From assembly GCA_945906935.1 (NCBI GenBank), contig CAMDSO010000002.1:36126-100125 (forward strand): a stretch of 64,000 bases of DNA. Direction: 5' to 3'. Positions within the stretch are counted from its first letter, which is position 1, and every line of letters starts with the position of its first letter. Of the stretch, positions 39,203 to 48,473 are shown one piece after another. The notes below the pieces were generated by a model. That model saw nothing but the letters and a program-made list of their open reading frames with translations, did not search any database and had not been told where the DNA came from. The position numbers were made by a program, and so were the translations under genes. This DNA is from Bordetella parapertussis. Its GTDB lineage: Bacteria > Pseudomonadota > Gammaproteobacteria > Burkholderiales > SG8-41.

Positions 39203-39871
39203 ATGCGAACAATCTTCCTCTTTCTGTTACTGGTCAATATGGTGACCTTTGCCTATCTGCATTACGCCGGGGGGCGTCCGGGCGCCGAGGCGCAGATCGC
39301 ACTGCTGCAGATCAGTCCGGAAAAGGTCAAGCTGGTTAAAGCACTGCCAGCGGTGCCGGCGGCGGCCAATAACAAGCCGCCCGTGCCCGCCGTGTGTGTT
39401 GAGTGGGGGCCTGTGATTGCCAGCGATGCGGCGCAGGCGGCGGCGGCGCTGGCCAAACTTGATCTGGGCAATCGTTTGTCACAGCATGATGCCGCTGAAA
39501 CCTACTGGGTTTACATCCCGCCGTCGAAGTCGCGTGCGGATGCGGAAAAAAAAGCCGGGGCAGTGCGCGGGCTCGGGATTACCGATTTTTTCATTTTGCA
39601 GGGGCCGGCCGCCTTGGAGTTTGCGATATCGCTCGGTGTGTTTAAAACCGAAGCGGCGGCCAACAGCCAGCTTGCACAACTGCGGGCAAAGGGGATACGC
39701 TCCGCCGTTGCCGCACCCTATGGTGCGACGTCCTCCACGTTTTTAATCCGTGATCCGGACGATGCAGTGACGATGAGGCTGGCTGAAATGAAAGCCGACT
39801 TTCCGTCTGCAGCGCTAAAGGCTGTCGCATGCGCCGAGGTGCAGGCCGCCAAAAATCAGGTATCGAACTAG
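39203..39871 (+). CDS. SPOR-domain membrane protein
   Basis: N-terminal TM, YWVYIPP, AISLGVFKT; usual position after coaX. Confidence 0.8.
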   Translation: MRTIFLFLLLVNMVTFAYLHYAGGRPGAEAQIALLQISPEKVKLVKALPAVPAAANNKPPVPAVCVEWGPVIASDAAQAAAALAKLDLGNRLSQHDAAETYWVYIPPSKSRADAEKKAGAVRGLGITDFFILQGPAALEFAISLGVFKTEAAANSQLAQLRAKGIRSAVAAPYGATSSTFLIRDPDDAVTMRLAEMKADFPSAALKAVACAEVQAAKNQVSN

Positions 39872-39879
39872 AGAGTTGC

Positions 39880-40362
39880 TCAGCCGCGTATGCGGCGCAG
39901 TGTGGCCGTCGTCGAACGGTCGTGTATGAACGGGATGGAGTGTACGCTGCCGCCACGGCTTTTAACGTCTGCAGCGCCGACGATGTTGTCGGTCGACCAG
40001 TCACCGCCCTTGACGAGAACGTCGGGCTGCACGAGCTGGATCAGGGTAAGGGGTGTGTCGTCATCGAACCAGCTGACCAGGCTGACCGACTCGAGCGCAG
40101 CGACCAGCACCATGCGGTCGTCGAGCGGATTGATTGGACGTTCGGGACCTTTGCCGAGCCGACGCACGGAATTGTCGCTGTTGATCGCCACCAGCAGGCT
40201 GGCGCCCAGGGCGCGTGCCTGCGCCAGGTAGTTGGCGTGGCCGCGATGCAGAATATCAAAGACGCCGTTGGTAAAAACCAGCGGACGTGCCAACGCGGCG
40301 ATGCGGCTTTGTAGCTGTTCCGGCGGACACAGTTTGGTTTCGAAAGCGGGGGCGGTATTCAT
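39880..40362 (-). CDS. rfaE2: D-glycero-beta-D-manno-heptose 1-phosphate adenylyltransferase (RfaE domain II)
   Basis: VFTNGVFDILHRGH, LGKGPERP, PDVLVKGGD, RSTT. Confidence 0.9.
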   Translation of the reverse strand: MNTAPAFETKLCPPEQLQSRIAALARPLVFTNGVFDILHRGHANYLAQARALGASLLVAINSDNSVRRLGKGPERPINPLDDRMVLVAALESVSLVSWFDDDTPLTLIQLVQPDVLVKGGDWSTDNIVGAADVKSRGGSVHSIPFIHDRSTTATLRRIRG

Positions 40363-40511
40363 GCGCGAAGTGTAGCAAAGGTGCGCGCAAACGGCATTCG
40401 AAGTCGTGGTCTTGGGCTGTTTCGAAGATCAGTGGCTGCGCGTCGTGCCGGCGGCTGTGTGTGTTGATTTTTGGTGAAACCCGGATAGCAAGTGCGATGG
40501 AGGGAAGCTGG

Positions 40512-40997
40512 ATGATCGGCGGTGATGTCGGTGATGAAGTGATCGATGCGATTGCATTCATCGAAATGCACAGGCAGGAGGCGGCGAAGGAAAGTGGCGC
40601 CGGTGTTGCGGTTGCGCAAGCCCTGCCCAAGTTGCAGGCCCTGCTCGAAGAGATCAATGCCAACGCCGAGGATCCGGCTGATGTACGCGCTGCAAATATC
40701 GCTGCGGTGAATAATGACATCGCCCGCGTCAAGCGTTTCCCTGGTGGTGGTCAGAGTGGGCGCGGCAACCATCAACGCACTGGCGGCGGCGGTCAGAAAA
40801 AACAGCCGCCTCGGCAGTCCGCCCAGGGTCATGCGCAGGGGCATGCACCGAATCAAGGGCAAGGACCCAATCAGGCGCGCGGTCCGCATCAAGGGCCGGG
40901 TCCCAACCCAGGTCAGGCCAGACGGCGCGGACGTAACAAGCGCCGTGGCGGGGGTGGAGCCTCAGGTGCAGGCGGCGGAGAACGCGGATCGACGTGA
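40512..40997 (+). CDS. Hypothetical protein: helical N-terminus plus Gly/Gln/Arg-rich disordered tail
   Basis: GGAGGG SD before ATG 40512; the ORF fills the rfaE2-BON gap. Confidence 0.7.
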   Translation: MIGGDVGDEVIDAIAFIEMHRQEAAKESGAGVAVAQALPKLQALLEEINANAEDPADVRAANIAAVNNDIARVKRFPGGGQSGRGNHQRTGGGGQKKQPPRQSAQGHAQGHAPNQGQGPNQARGPHQGPGPNPGQARRRGRNKRRGGGGASGAGGGERGST

Positions 40998-41075
40998 TCG
41001 TTTACGTGTAGCGGTAGTGTTTGACCGTTACCCGCTCATGGTGCGAGCAACGGTTGTGACACACAAAAGTTGCTT

Positions 41076-41639
41076 TTAGTCGATGAACTCAAACAGGCGC
41101 ACGACTTTTTGCACGTCACCGGTGGTGCGTGCAATTTCGGTGGCGTCGTCGGCCTCCTTGCGGCTGACCATGCCGAGTAAATAAACATTGCCGGCTTCGG
41201 TTACGACTTTGACATGTAGTGCGTTGAATTTTCGACCGTCGACGAAGCGCGCCTTGATCTTGCCAGTGAGGTAGATGTCGTTAGTACGGCTGCTCAGGGC
41301 ACTGTTGCCGACCACCGCCAGTTCATTGTAGATGCCGCGTACGTTTTCAACCGCGCGTACAATCTTTTCGATCTCGCCGCGCGCGGCATTCGATGCCACC
41401 TCGCCGGTGACTAAGGTCATGCGGTTGTAACTGTTGACGTTGATGTGGGCGTCGGGATATTTGTCGGAAATCCGGCTGGCTGCCTTGATTTCAATACCGC
41501 GGTCTTCGGTCACCGTGCCGATTGTACGCCGGTCGGCACCCATGAGTGCTGCGCCACCGGCGCCGCCAATCACTGCCGCAACGCAACCTGTCAACAGTGA
41601 AGCCGCCAGCAATATCGTGATGAGTCGAAGAGCCTTCAT
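41076..41639 (-). CDS. Dual-BON-domain lipoprotein (DolP/YraP-like)
   Basis: Lipobox LTGC, DRRT, two BON domains. Confidence 0.9.
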   Translation of the reverse strand: MKALRLITILLAASLLTGCVAAVIGGAGGAALMGADRRTIGTVTEDRGIEIKAASRISDKYPDAHINVNSYNRMTLVTGEVASNAARGEIEKIVRAVENVRGIYNELAVVGNSALSSRTNDIYLTGKIKARFVDGRKFNALHVKVVTEAGNVYLLGMVSRKEADDATEIARTTGDVQKVVRLFEFID

Positions 41640-42230
41640 TTATTCAACTCCCAGTAAAAGACAATCAATAGCGTCGCACAGGCAGTGCAGCGTTAGCAGG
41701 TGCACCTCCTGGATGCGTGCCGTGCTTTGCGCTGCGACGCAGATTTGGATGTCAGAAGGTTCGAGCGCCTCGGCCATGACGCCGCCGTTGCGACCGGTCA
41801 ATGCAATCACGCTCATGCCGTTTTCATGCGCTGCATGCATGGCGGCGAGCACGTTCTTCGAATTGCCGCTGGTCGATATGGCGAGCAGTAAATCGTTCTT
41901 CTGCCCGAGTGCACGAACCTGCTTGGAGAAGATCTGCTCAAAATCGTAATCGTTGGCGATCGATGTCATGGTGGACGAATCAGTGGTCAGTGCCATTGCC
42001 GCCAGCCCCGGACGTTCCATCTCAAAACGGTTCAGCAGTTCGGCTGCAAAGTGCTGTGAATCCGCCGCCGAGCCGCCATTGCCGCAGGCGAGTATCTTGC
42101 CGTCTTGACGCAGGCATTGAACCATGCGTTCTGCAGCAGCGGCAATGGGTGCCGCCAGGGCGTCCATGCTCTGCAGCTTGAGATGGGCGCTTTCCGAAAA
42201 ATTCTCACTGATGCGATTAATAAGGTTCAT
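41640..42230 (-). CDS. gmhA: Phosphoheptose isomerase (GmhA/DiaA family)
   Basis: [27 protein letters not shown]. Confidence 0.9.
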   Translation of the reverse strand: MNLINRISENFSESAHLKLQSMDALAAPIAAAAERMVQCLRQDGKILACGNGGSAADSQHFAAELLNRFEMERPGLAAMALTTDSSTMTSIANDYDFEQIFSKQVRALGQKNDLLLAISTSGNSKNVLAAMHAAHENGMSVIALTGRNGGVMAEALEPSDIQICVAAQSTARIQEVHLLTLHCLCDAIDCLLLGVE

Positions 42231-42270
42231 TTATTCAGGCCTCGTTAAGACGGCGAAATTATCGCACACT

Positions 42271-42609
42271 TCATTCGCCGAACACGTTCTTCAGCCACTC
42301 CGGGCGGTGGCTGCCGGTTATCAAGACCGCGTCGAAGCGGCAGACCGGCAGCTGCCGGCAGCCCGATAAATAGTGGCGCGCGGTACGCAGCAGTTTTGCC
42401 TGTTTGCCAGGCGTGATGCTGGCGGCGGCGCCGCCAAAAGCGTTGCTGTTGCGCATGCGAACCTCGACGAAAACCAGCGTTTCGCCGTCGCGTGCGATCA
42501 GATCGATTTCACCGAATCGGCAGTGATAATTACGCTCGGTAATGATGAGGCCCTGCTGTTGCAGGAATATTGCTGCTGCCTCTTCGGCACGATCACCGCG
42601 TGCGCGCAT
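42271..42609 (-). CDS. yraN: YraN family protein
   Basis: G..AE, RNY.CRFGEIDLIA, FVEVR, CRFD. Confidence 0.92.
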   Translation of the reverse strand: MRARGDRAEEAAAIFLQQQGLIITERNYHCRFGEIDLIARDGETLVFVEVRMRNSNAFGGAAASITPGKQAKLLRTARHYLSGCRQLPVCRFDAVLITGSHRPEWLKNVFGE

Positions 42610-42778
42610 CAGTCATGACGCCGGCGCAGGGTTGATGATGCATCGTAGCCATCAACAACAACTGCGTGGCGAAGACTGTTCACTGTCAAAACCCAAGACG
42701 ACCGATTAAGGACGCGGCTGGCGCGGTGCGTGAGCGCCCCGTATAGTGAAGCCTCTGGCGCGTTGGACTGGCGCATAA

Positions 42779-43672
42779 ATGATGGCTGGTTTGATGAACG
42801 AGACAGTACAAGTCGGATCGGTCGGCGGGACAGGATCCTCATTATATGTAGTGGCGACCCCGATTGGGAATCTCGCCGATATCTCCCTGCGCGCGCTGGA
42901 AGTGCTTAAGCAGGTGGATGTGATCGCTGCGGAGGACACGCGGGTCACCAGTCATTTGCTCAAACATTACGGCATCGGCACGCGGTTGTTCGCCTTGCAC
43001 GAACACAATGAGCGGCGTGCCGCACAAAAATTGATTGATCTGCTGGCGGCGGGGAAATCCGTGGCATTGGTCAGTGACGCCGGTACTCCGGCGATTTCGG
43101 ATCCTGGCGCGCTGGCGGTTGCCGCGGTGCGCGAGGCGGGCTATACGGTGATTGCCGTGCCCGGCGCGAATGCCGCTTTGTGTGCGCTCGCCGCAGCCGG
43201 CAGCCCGACGCCGCATTTTCTTTTTTATGGTTTCCTGCCGCAGCAATCCTCGGCGCGCAAGCGCGAACTCGAAGCGCTCAAGGTGCAGCCGTATCTGCTG
43301 GTGTTCTACGAGGCGCCGCATCGCGTCGTGGCCTGCATTGATGACATGCTGGCCGTGTTTGGCGCGGCGCGCCGTTTGACCATTGCCCGCGAGTTGACCA
43401 AATTGTTCGAGTCGATACACAGTTGTGCGTTGGGCGAGGCGCCGGCGTGGTTTGCCGGTGACGCCAATCGGATACGCGGCGAGTTTGTGCTGCTGGTTGA
43501 GCCGGCGGCAGCGGTCGAGGGTGATGAGCATGAGGCGGCCGTCCGCGTGCTTGAGATTTTGCTGCGTGAACTGCCGCTCAAGCAGGCTGTGCAGCTGGCG
43601 GTCGAAATCAGCGGCGGGGCGCGTAACACGCTGTATAAGCGCGCGCTTGAACTAAAGAAATCCGCGTCATAA
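42779..43672 (+). CDS. rsmI: 16S rRNA C1402 2'-O-methyltransferase
   Basis: LYVVATPIGNL, AEDTR, SDAGTPAISDPG, YEAPHR, RELTK. Confidence 0.95.
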   Translation: MMAGLMNETVQVGSVGGTGSSLYVVATPIGNLADISLRALEVLKQVDVIAAEDTRVTSHLLKHYGIGTRLFALHEHNERRAAQKLIDLLAAGKSVALVSDAGTPAISDPGALAVAAVREAGYTVIAVPGANAALCALAAAGSPTPHFLFYGFLPQQSSARKRELEALKVQPYLLVFYEAPHRVVACIDDMLAVFGAARRLTIARELTKLFESIHSCALGEAPAWFAGDANRIRGEFVLLVEPAAAVEGDEHEAAVRVLEILLRELPLKQAVQLAVEISGGARNTLYKRALELKKSAS

Positions 43673-43744
43673 TCGACGCCTGGCAGCGACCCATGAACCG
43701 CCGGTGAGCCGGCACAGACAACGCAGCAGAAGGAATCGAATACG

Positions 43745-44776
43745 ATGAGCCGTATTACCATGACCCGCCCCGATGACTGGCACCTACACCTGCGTGACGG
43801 TGATCATATGCGGGCGATACTGCCGCATGCCGCGCAGCGCTTTGCGCGCGCGATTGTGATGCCCAATTTGAAGCCGCCGGTGACCACCCTCCAGATGGCG
43901 CTGGCCTATCGCGAACGCATACTGGCGGCGTTGCCCGCGGGGATGGTTTTCGAGCCCCTGATGACGCTGTATCTCACGGACAATACGACGGGTGATGAAA
44001 TTCGCCGCGCCCGGGCCAGCGGTATGGTGCATGCAGTGAAATATTATCCGGCCGGTGCCACCACCAATTCGGAGTCCGGCGTGACCGGACTTGAAAAATG
44101 CGACGACGCGCTCAGTGCGATGGCGGAGTGCGGAATGCCCTTGCTGGTGCACGGCGAGGTGACGTTTCCGGATGTCGATATCTTTGATCGTGAGAAGGTG
44201 TTCATCAATCGTGTGCTGATTCCGTTGTTGCAGAAATATTCCAAATTGCGGCTGGTCATGGAACACATCACCACCCGCGAGGCGGCGCGTTTTGTGCTGG
44301 CCTCGCCGCCGCGTGTGGCTGCAACCATTACCGCGCACCATTTGTTGCTTAATCGCAATGCAATGTTTGCCGGCGGCATACGGCCGCACCACTTTTGCAT
44401 GCCGGTGCTCAAGCGCGAAGAAGATCGTCAGGCCCTGATCCAGGCAGCGATCAGTGGCAACCCGAAGTTTTTTCTGGGTACCGATAGTGCGCCGCACGCG
44501 CGGGACACCAAGGAGGCTGCCTGCGGGTGTGCCGGCGTCTACACGGCGCACGCCGGGATCGAGCTGTATGCCGAACTGTTCGACGCTTGCGGTGCGAGCG
44601 AACGGCTCGAGGGTTTTGCCAGTATTTTCGGGCCGGCGTTTTATGGTCTGCCGCGCAATGCGGAAAAAATAACCCTGATCAAGGAAGCCTGGGACGTACC
44701 CGGCGAGATTCCTTATCACGACGACACGCTGGTGCCTTTTCGCGGCGGTGGCAGCGTCGGCTGGCGCTTGCTCTAA
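43745..44776 (+). CDS. pyrC: Dihydroorotase (homodimeric)
   Basis: PDDWHLHLRDG, MPNLKPP, KYYPAGATTNS, LGTDSAPH. Confidence 0.96.
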   Translation: MSRITMTRPDDWHLHLRDGDHMRAILPHAAQRFARAIVMPNLKPPVTTLQMALAYRERILAALPAGMVFEPLMTLYLTDNTTGDEIRRARASGMVHAVKYYPAGATTNSESGVTGLEKCDDALSAMAECGMPLLVHGEVTFPDVDIFDREKVFINRVLIPLLQKYSKLRLVMEHITTREAARFVLASPPRVAATITAHHLLLNRNAMFAGGIRPHHFCMPVLKREEDRQALIQAAISGNPKFFLGTDSAPHARDTKEAACGCAGVYTAHAGIELYAELFDACGASERLEGFASIFGPAFYGLPRNAEKITLIKEAWDVPGEIPYHDDTLVPFRGGGSVGWRLL

Positions 44777-44808
44777 GGCGACGTTGGCGCGGGTGTTGCA
44801 GGACCCCA

Positions 44809-44817
44809 TGGTACAAT
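44809..44817 (+). promoter_or_regulatory. Extended -10 promoter of rnpB
   Basis: TG-G-TACAAT six nt before the P1 5' strand. Confidence 0.55.
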
Positions 44818-44823
44818 CCTGGC

Positions 44824-45162
44824 GGGAGTCAGTCAGGCAGTCGCTGCCGGTGATGTTTATGCCGGTAGAGGAAAGTCCGGGCTCCATAGGGCAGGGTGAC
44901 GGTTACCGGCCGTCCGCCGTGAGGCGAGGAATAGGGCCACAGAGACGAGTCTGTTGCGTATCGACCCGGTCTTCCGGCGAGGTTCGCAACAGGGTGAAAC
45001 GCGGTAACCTCCACCCGGAGCAACACCAAATAGGCAAGCGTCGACGTGGCCCGCCGAGCTTGCGGGTAGGTGGCTGGAGCGCGCGGGTAACCACGCGCCA
45101 AGAGGAATGACTGTCACGACGGCGCAAGCTGTCGACAGAACCCGGCTTATCGACTGACTCCC
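44824..45162 (+). ncRNA. rnpB: RNase P RNA, bacterial type A
   Basis: GAGGAAAGTCCGGGCTCC, AGGGTGAAAC, GAGCAA and ACAGAACCCGGCTTAT conserved cores; 11-bp P1 GGGAGTCAGTC/GACTGACTCCC. Confidence 0.97.
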
Positions 45163-45253
45163 TGCAGTATTTGGTTTTTGCCTGCGTTCGAGGTGCCTTG
45201 CAGTTGATGAGGTGCGCGGATTTTTTTCGCATGTTTCGTTTTGGGGAAAACAC

Positions 45254-46312
45254 ATGAAGCAATACAGGATTGCCTACATTCCGGGCGATGGTATCGGCAA
45301 GGAAACCGGCCCCGAGGGGTTGCGCGTTCTCGAAGCCGCCGCGCGCAAATTTGGTTTTGCATTGAAGTTTGATGAATACGACTGGAGCTGCGACTACTAC
45401 CAGAAACACGGCCGCATGATGCCGGAAGACGGCCTCGATCAGGTGCGTCAGCATGACGCGATTTTTTTCGGCGCGGCCGGCTGGCCGGCGACTGTGCCCG
45501 ATCATATTTCTCTGTGGGGTTTGTTGATCCCGTTCCGTCGTAATTTCGAGCAGTACGTGAATCTGCGCCCGGTGCGTCTGATGCCCGGCGTCAAATGTCC
45601 GCTGGCTGATCGCAAGGTCGGTGATATTGATTTCTGGGTGGTGCGCGAAAACAGTGAGGGCGAATATTCCTCTATCGGCGGGCGCATGTATGGCGGCACT
45701 GAAAACGAATTCGCCACCCAGCAGGCGGTGTTTTCGCGGCGCGGTACTGACCGCATCATGAAGTTTGCTTTTGAGCTTGCGCGTAAAGGCAAACGCAAGC
45801 ATGTGACCTCAGCCACCAAATCGAACGGCATTTCCATTTCGATGCCGTATTGGGACGAGCGTTTCAAGGCGATGTCGGCGCAGTATCCGGATATCCGTAG
45901 CGACCAGTACCACATTGATATTCTGACCGCGCACTTTGTCATGCATCCGGACTGGTTTGATGTGGTGGTCGGTTCGAATTTGTTCGGCGATATTTTGTCC
46001 GATCTCGGTCCTGCCTGTACCGGCACGATCGGCATTGCGCCTTCGGCGAATATGAATCCGGAGCGTGAATTTCCTTCGCTGTTCGAACCGGTGCACGGTT
46101 CGGCACCCGACATTTACGGCAAGGGTATCGCTAATCCAATCGGCCAGATCTGGTCGGGCGCGATGATGCTCGAACACCTTGGCCATCCGGAGGCGGCCAA
46201 AGCCATCGTCGATGCGATTGAGGTGGCCTTGGTGGAGGGGCCGCGTACGCCGGACGTTGGCGGCAAAGCCACGACCTCGGATCTCGGTCGCGCCATCGCT
46301 GACGCGCTCTAG
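45254..46312 (+). CDS. Tartrate dehydrogenase / D-malate dehydrogenase (decarboxylating)
   Basis: PGDGIG, YVNLRPV, VRENSEGEYS, TKSNGI, HIDIL, FEPVHGSAPDI. Confidence 0.9.
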   Translation: MKQYRIAYIPGDGIGKETGPEGLRVLEAAARKFGFALKFDEYDWSCDYYQKHGRMMPEDGLDQVRQHDAIFFGAAGWPATVPDHISLWGLLIPFRRNFEQYVNLRPVRLMPGVKCPLADRKVGDIDFWVVRENSEGEYSSIGGRMYGGTENEFATQQAVFSRRGTDRIMKFAFELARKGKRKHVTSATKSNGISISMPYWDERFKAMSAQYPDIRSDQYHIDILTAHFVMHPDWFDVVVGSNLFGDILSDLGPACTGTIGIAPSANMNPEREFPSLFEPVHGSAPDIYGKGIANPIGQIWSGAMMLEHLGHPEAAKAIVDAIEVALVEGPRTPDVGGKATTSDLGRAIADAL

Positions 46313-46725
46313 ATCGGCAGACGCGCGGTGGTCGCAGTGCCGACGGCCACGCGTCTGTTTTGTGCTGGTTTTGCTGTGCGCAAAGAATGTGTCACCCTGG
46401 CCTTCCCAAGGCCGAAAAACCTTGATTCGGCCCCAAAATTTGGGGTAATTGCCGCCTAAACCCGGCTGAAATCGCCTGCAAAAGTCGATTTTTTGGTAAT
46501 TCAGGGAAAAATACGCGCTTATACAGTGTCGTATTTGCGCAACGGCGGTGTTGATCGCTAACCCATTGAATCAGAAAAACAAAGTTAATGTATAACTTTT
46601 AAATAGTTATGCATTTCATTGTTTATAAATAAAAAAATAATTTTTATCCTGATTTGTTCTGAGTTTGAGTTTTGGTTTTTCCTCATAAGTCTTTGTCCTA
46701 AATACAAAAAACACGCTCGCCGTGC

Positions 46726-46754
46726 TTGACCACGGAGGGGGATTTTCATATAGT
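46726..46754 (+). promoter_or_regulatory. dcw (mraZ) sigma70 promoter
   Basis: TTGACC, 17 nt, TATAGT. Confidence 0.8.
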
Positions 46755-46777
46755 GGGCATTGGTGGGAAAAAGTGGG
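46753..46777 (+). promoter_or_regulatory. MraZ binding boxes
   Basis: Three GTGGG direct repeats at 10-bp period (46753, 46763, 46773), the known MraZ site arrangement. Confidence 0.85.
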
Positions 46778-46813
46778 AAATAAAGACGTTTTCCACGTCT
46801 ATTCGGGGGAATC

Positions 46814-47260
46814 GTGTTTCGAGGCGTTGCTCAACTCAGTCTGGATAGCAAAGGTCGGCTTGCAGTTCCTGCACGCCACCGCGAAGCATTGCTTGCGCGC
46901 TGCGCCGGACGCCTCGTCATGACCGCAGACTTCGATAAATGCCTGCTGCTCTACCCCTTGCCCGATTGGGAGCCGATTCAGCAAAAGCTGATGGGTTTGT
47001 CGAGCCTCAATCCACGTATCCGCGATTTGCAACGGCAGCTGGTTGGCTATGCCGAGGATATCGAGCTTGATTCCGCGGGCCGCGTTTTGATTTCTCCGGC
47101 ACTGCGTAATTTCGCTGCGCTGACGAAAAGCGTGGTGCTCGTCGGCCAGGGCAGCAAATTCGAGTTGTGGGATCGCGAAAAATGGGAGACCGCACTCGAG
47201 CGCAGTGCCGGTTTTGGTGATGGTGATTTGCCGCCCGAGCTGGAGGGTTTCTCATTGTGA
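46814..47260 (+). CDS. mraZ: Division/cell wall transcriptional repressor MraZ
   Basis: [26 protein letters not shown]; GTG start. Confidence 0.96.
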   Translation: MFRGVAQLSLDSKGRLAVPARHREALLARCAGRLVMTADFDKCLLLYPLPDWEPIQQKLMGLSSLNPRIRDLQRQLVGYAEDIELDSAGRVLISPALRNFAALTKSVVLVGQGSKFELWDREKWETALERSAGFGDGDLPPELEGFSL

Positions 47261-48201
47261 GCTGCGGCTCACACGTCACGGTATTACTGCAGGCGGCGGT
47301 AGATGGACTTAAGGTGCGAGCAGACGGCGGGTATGTCGACTGCACGTTTGGACGCGGTGGACACAGCCGCGAGATTTTGGCGCGTTTGGGCGCGCGCGGC
47401 CGGCTGATTGCGATGGATCGTGATCCGCAGGCGATGCTCGCCGGCGCCGCAGTGGACGGGATGCATGATGACCAACGGTTTGAACTGGTGCACAGCAGTT
47501 TTAGCGCATTCGCCGGGGTGCTCGCCGCGCGCGGCATCAACACCGTCGATGGCATTTTGTTCGACCTCGGTGTCTCATCACCGCAACTCGATGATCCGCA
47601 GCGCGGCTTTAGTTTTCGCGTTGACGCACCGCTCGACATGCGCATGGACACTAGCCGCGGTCAAACCGCGGCGCAGTGGCTCGCCGTCGCCGAAGAGGGT
47701 GAGATAAGTGAGGTCATCCGCGATTATGGTGAAGAACGGTTTGCTCGGCAGATTGCAGCAGCGATTGTTGCTGCACGGACGCTCGGGCCTATCGCAACCA
47801 CACGTCAGCTTGCCGGGATCGTGGCTGCCGTTGTCCGCACGCGCGAGCCAGGCCAGAATCCGGCGACGCGGACTTTTCAGGCTCTTCGGATATACCTCAA
47901 TCAGGAGCTCGAAGAGTTGAGCCGTGTACTGCCTCAATGCCTTGCCGCACTGGCGCCTGGTGGACGGCTTGCGGTGATTAGTTTTCACTCTCTCGAAGAT
48001 CGCATCGTCAAACGGTTTATGCGTGAGCACTCGCAGCCGCCGCGTCTGCCAACCCGTTTGCCTTTGCGCGCCTCCGAGCTGCCATTGCCGACGTTGGCAC
48101 TCATTGGCAAGTTGCAGCGACCGACCACTGAGGAAGTTTTCGCCAACCCGCGCGCCCGTAGTGCGGTGATGCGCATCGCCGAGAAGTGCGGGCTGGTCTG
48201 A
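47257..48201 (+). CDS. rsmH: 16S rRNA C1402 N4-methyltransferase
   Basis: [45 protein letters not shown]. Confidence 0.96.
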   Translation: MSCGSHVTVLLQAAVDGLKVRADGGYVDCTFGRGGHSREILARLGARGRLIAMDRDPQAMLAGAAVDGMHDDQRFELVHSSFSAFAGVLAARGINTVDGILFDLGVSSPQLDDPQRGFSFRVDAPLDMRMDTSRGQTAAQWLAVAEEGEISEVIRDYGEERFARQIAAAIVAARTLGPIATTRQLAGIVAAVVRTREPGQNPATRTFQALRIYLNQELEELSRVLPQCLAALAPGGRLAVISFHSLEDRIVKRFMREHSQPPRLPTRLPLRASELPLPTLALIGKLQRPTTEEVFANPRARSAVMRIAEKCGLV

Positions 48202-48473
48202 TGGCACGATTGAATCTGATCCTGCTCGCCGCGCTGGTGGTTTGCGCTTTGTCGGTGGTGACTTCACAGCACCGCGCGCGCAAGTTGTATATCGAATTGC
48301 AGAAAGAGCAGGAGACGGCGCGCAAGCTCGAAGTCGAATTCGGACAGCTGCAATTGGAGCAGAGCACCTGGGCGATGCATTCGCGCATCGAAAAAATCGC
48401 CGGTGGTCAATTGATGATGCGCGTCCCGCCCGCTACACGCATACAGGTTCTGCCGGCCGAGGTGGCGCAGTGA
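48201..48473 (+). CDS. ftsL: Cell division protein FtsL
   Basis: TM plus coiled coil, GQLQLEQST; TGATG overlap with rsmH. Confidence 0.93.
   Translation: MARLNLILLAALVVCALSVVTSQHRARKLYIELQKEQETARKLEVEFGQLQLEQSTWAMHSRIEKIAGGQLMMRVPPATRIQVLPAEVAQ

Noticed and set aside
46722-46922. 66-aa ORF upstream of mraZ
   Set aside because: It overlaps the dcw promoter, the MraZ boxes and mraZ itself in another frame, and has no coding signature.
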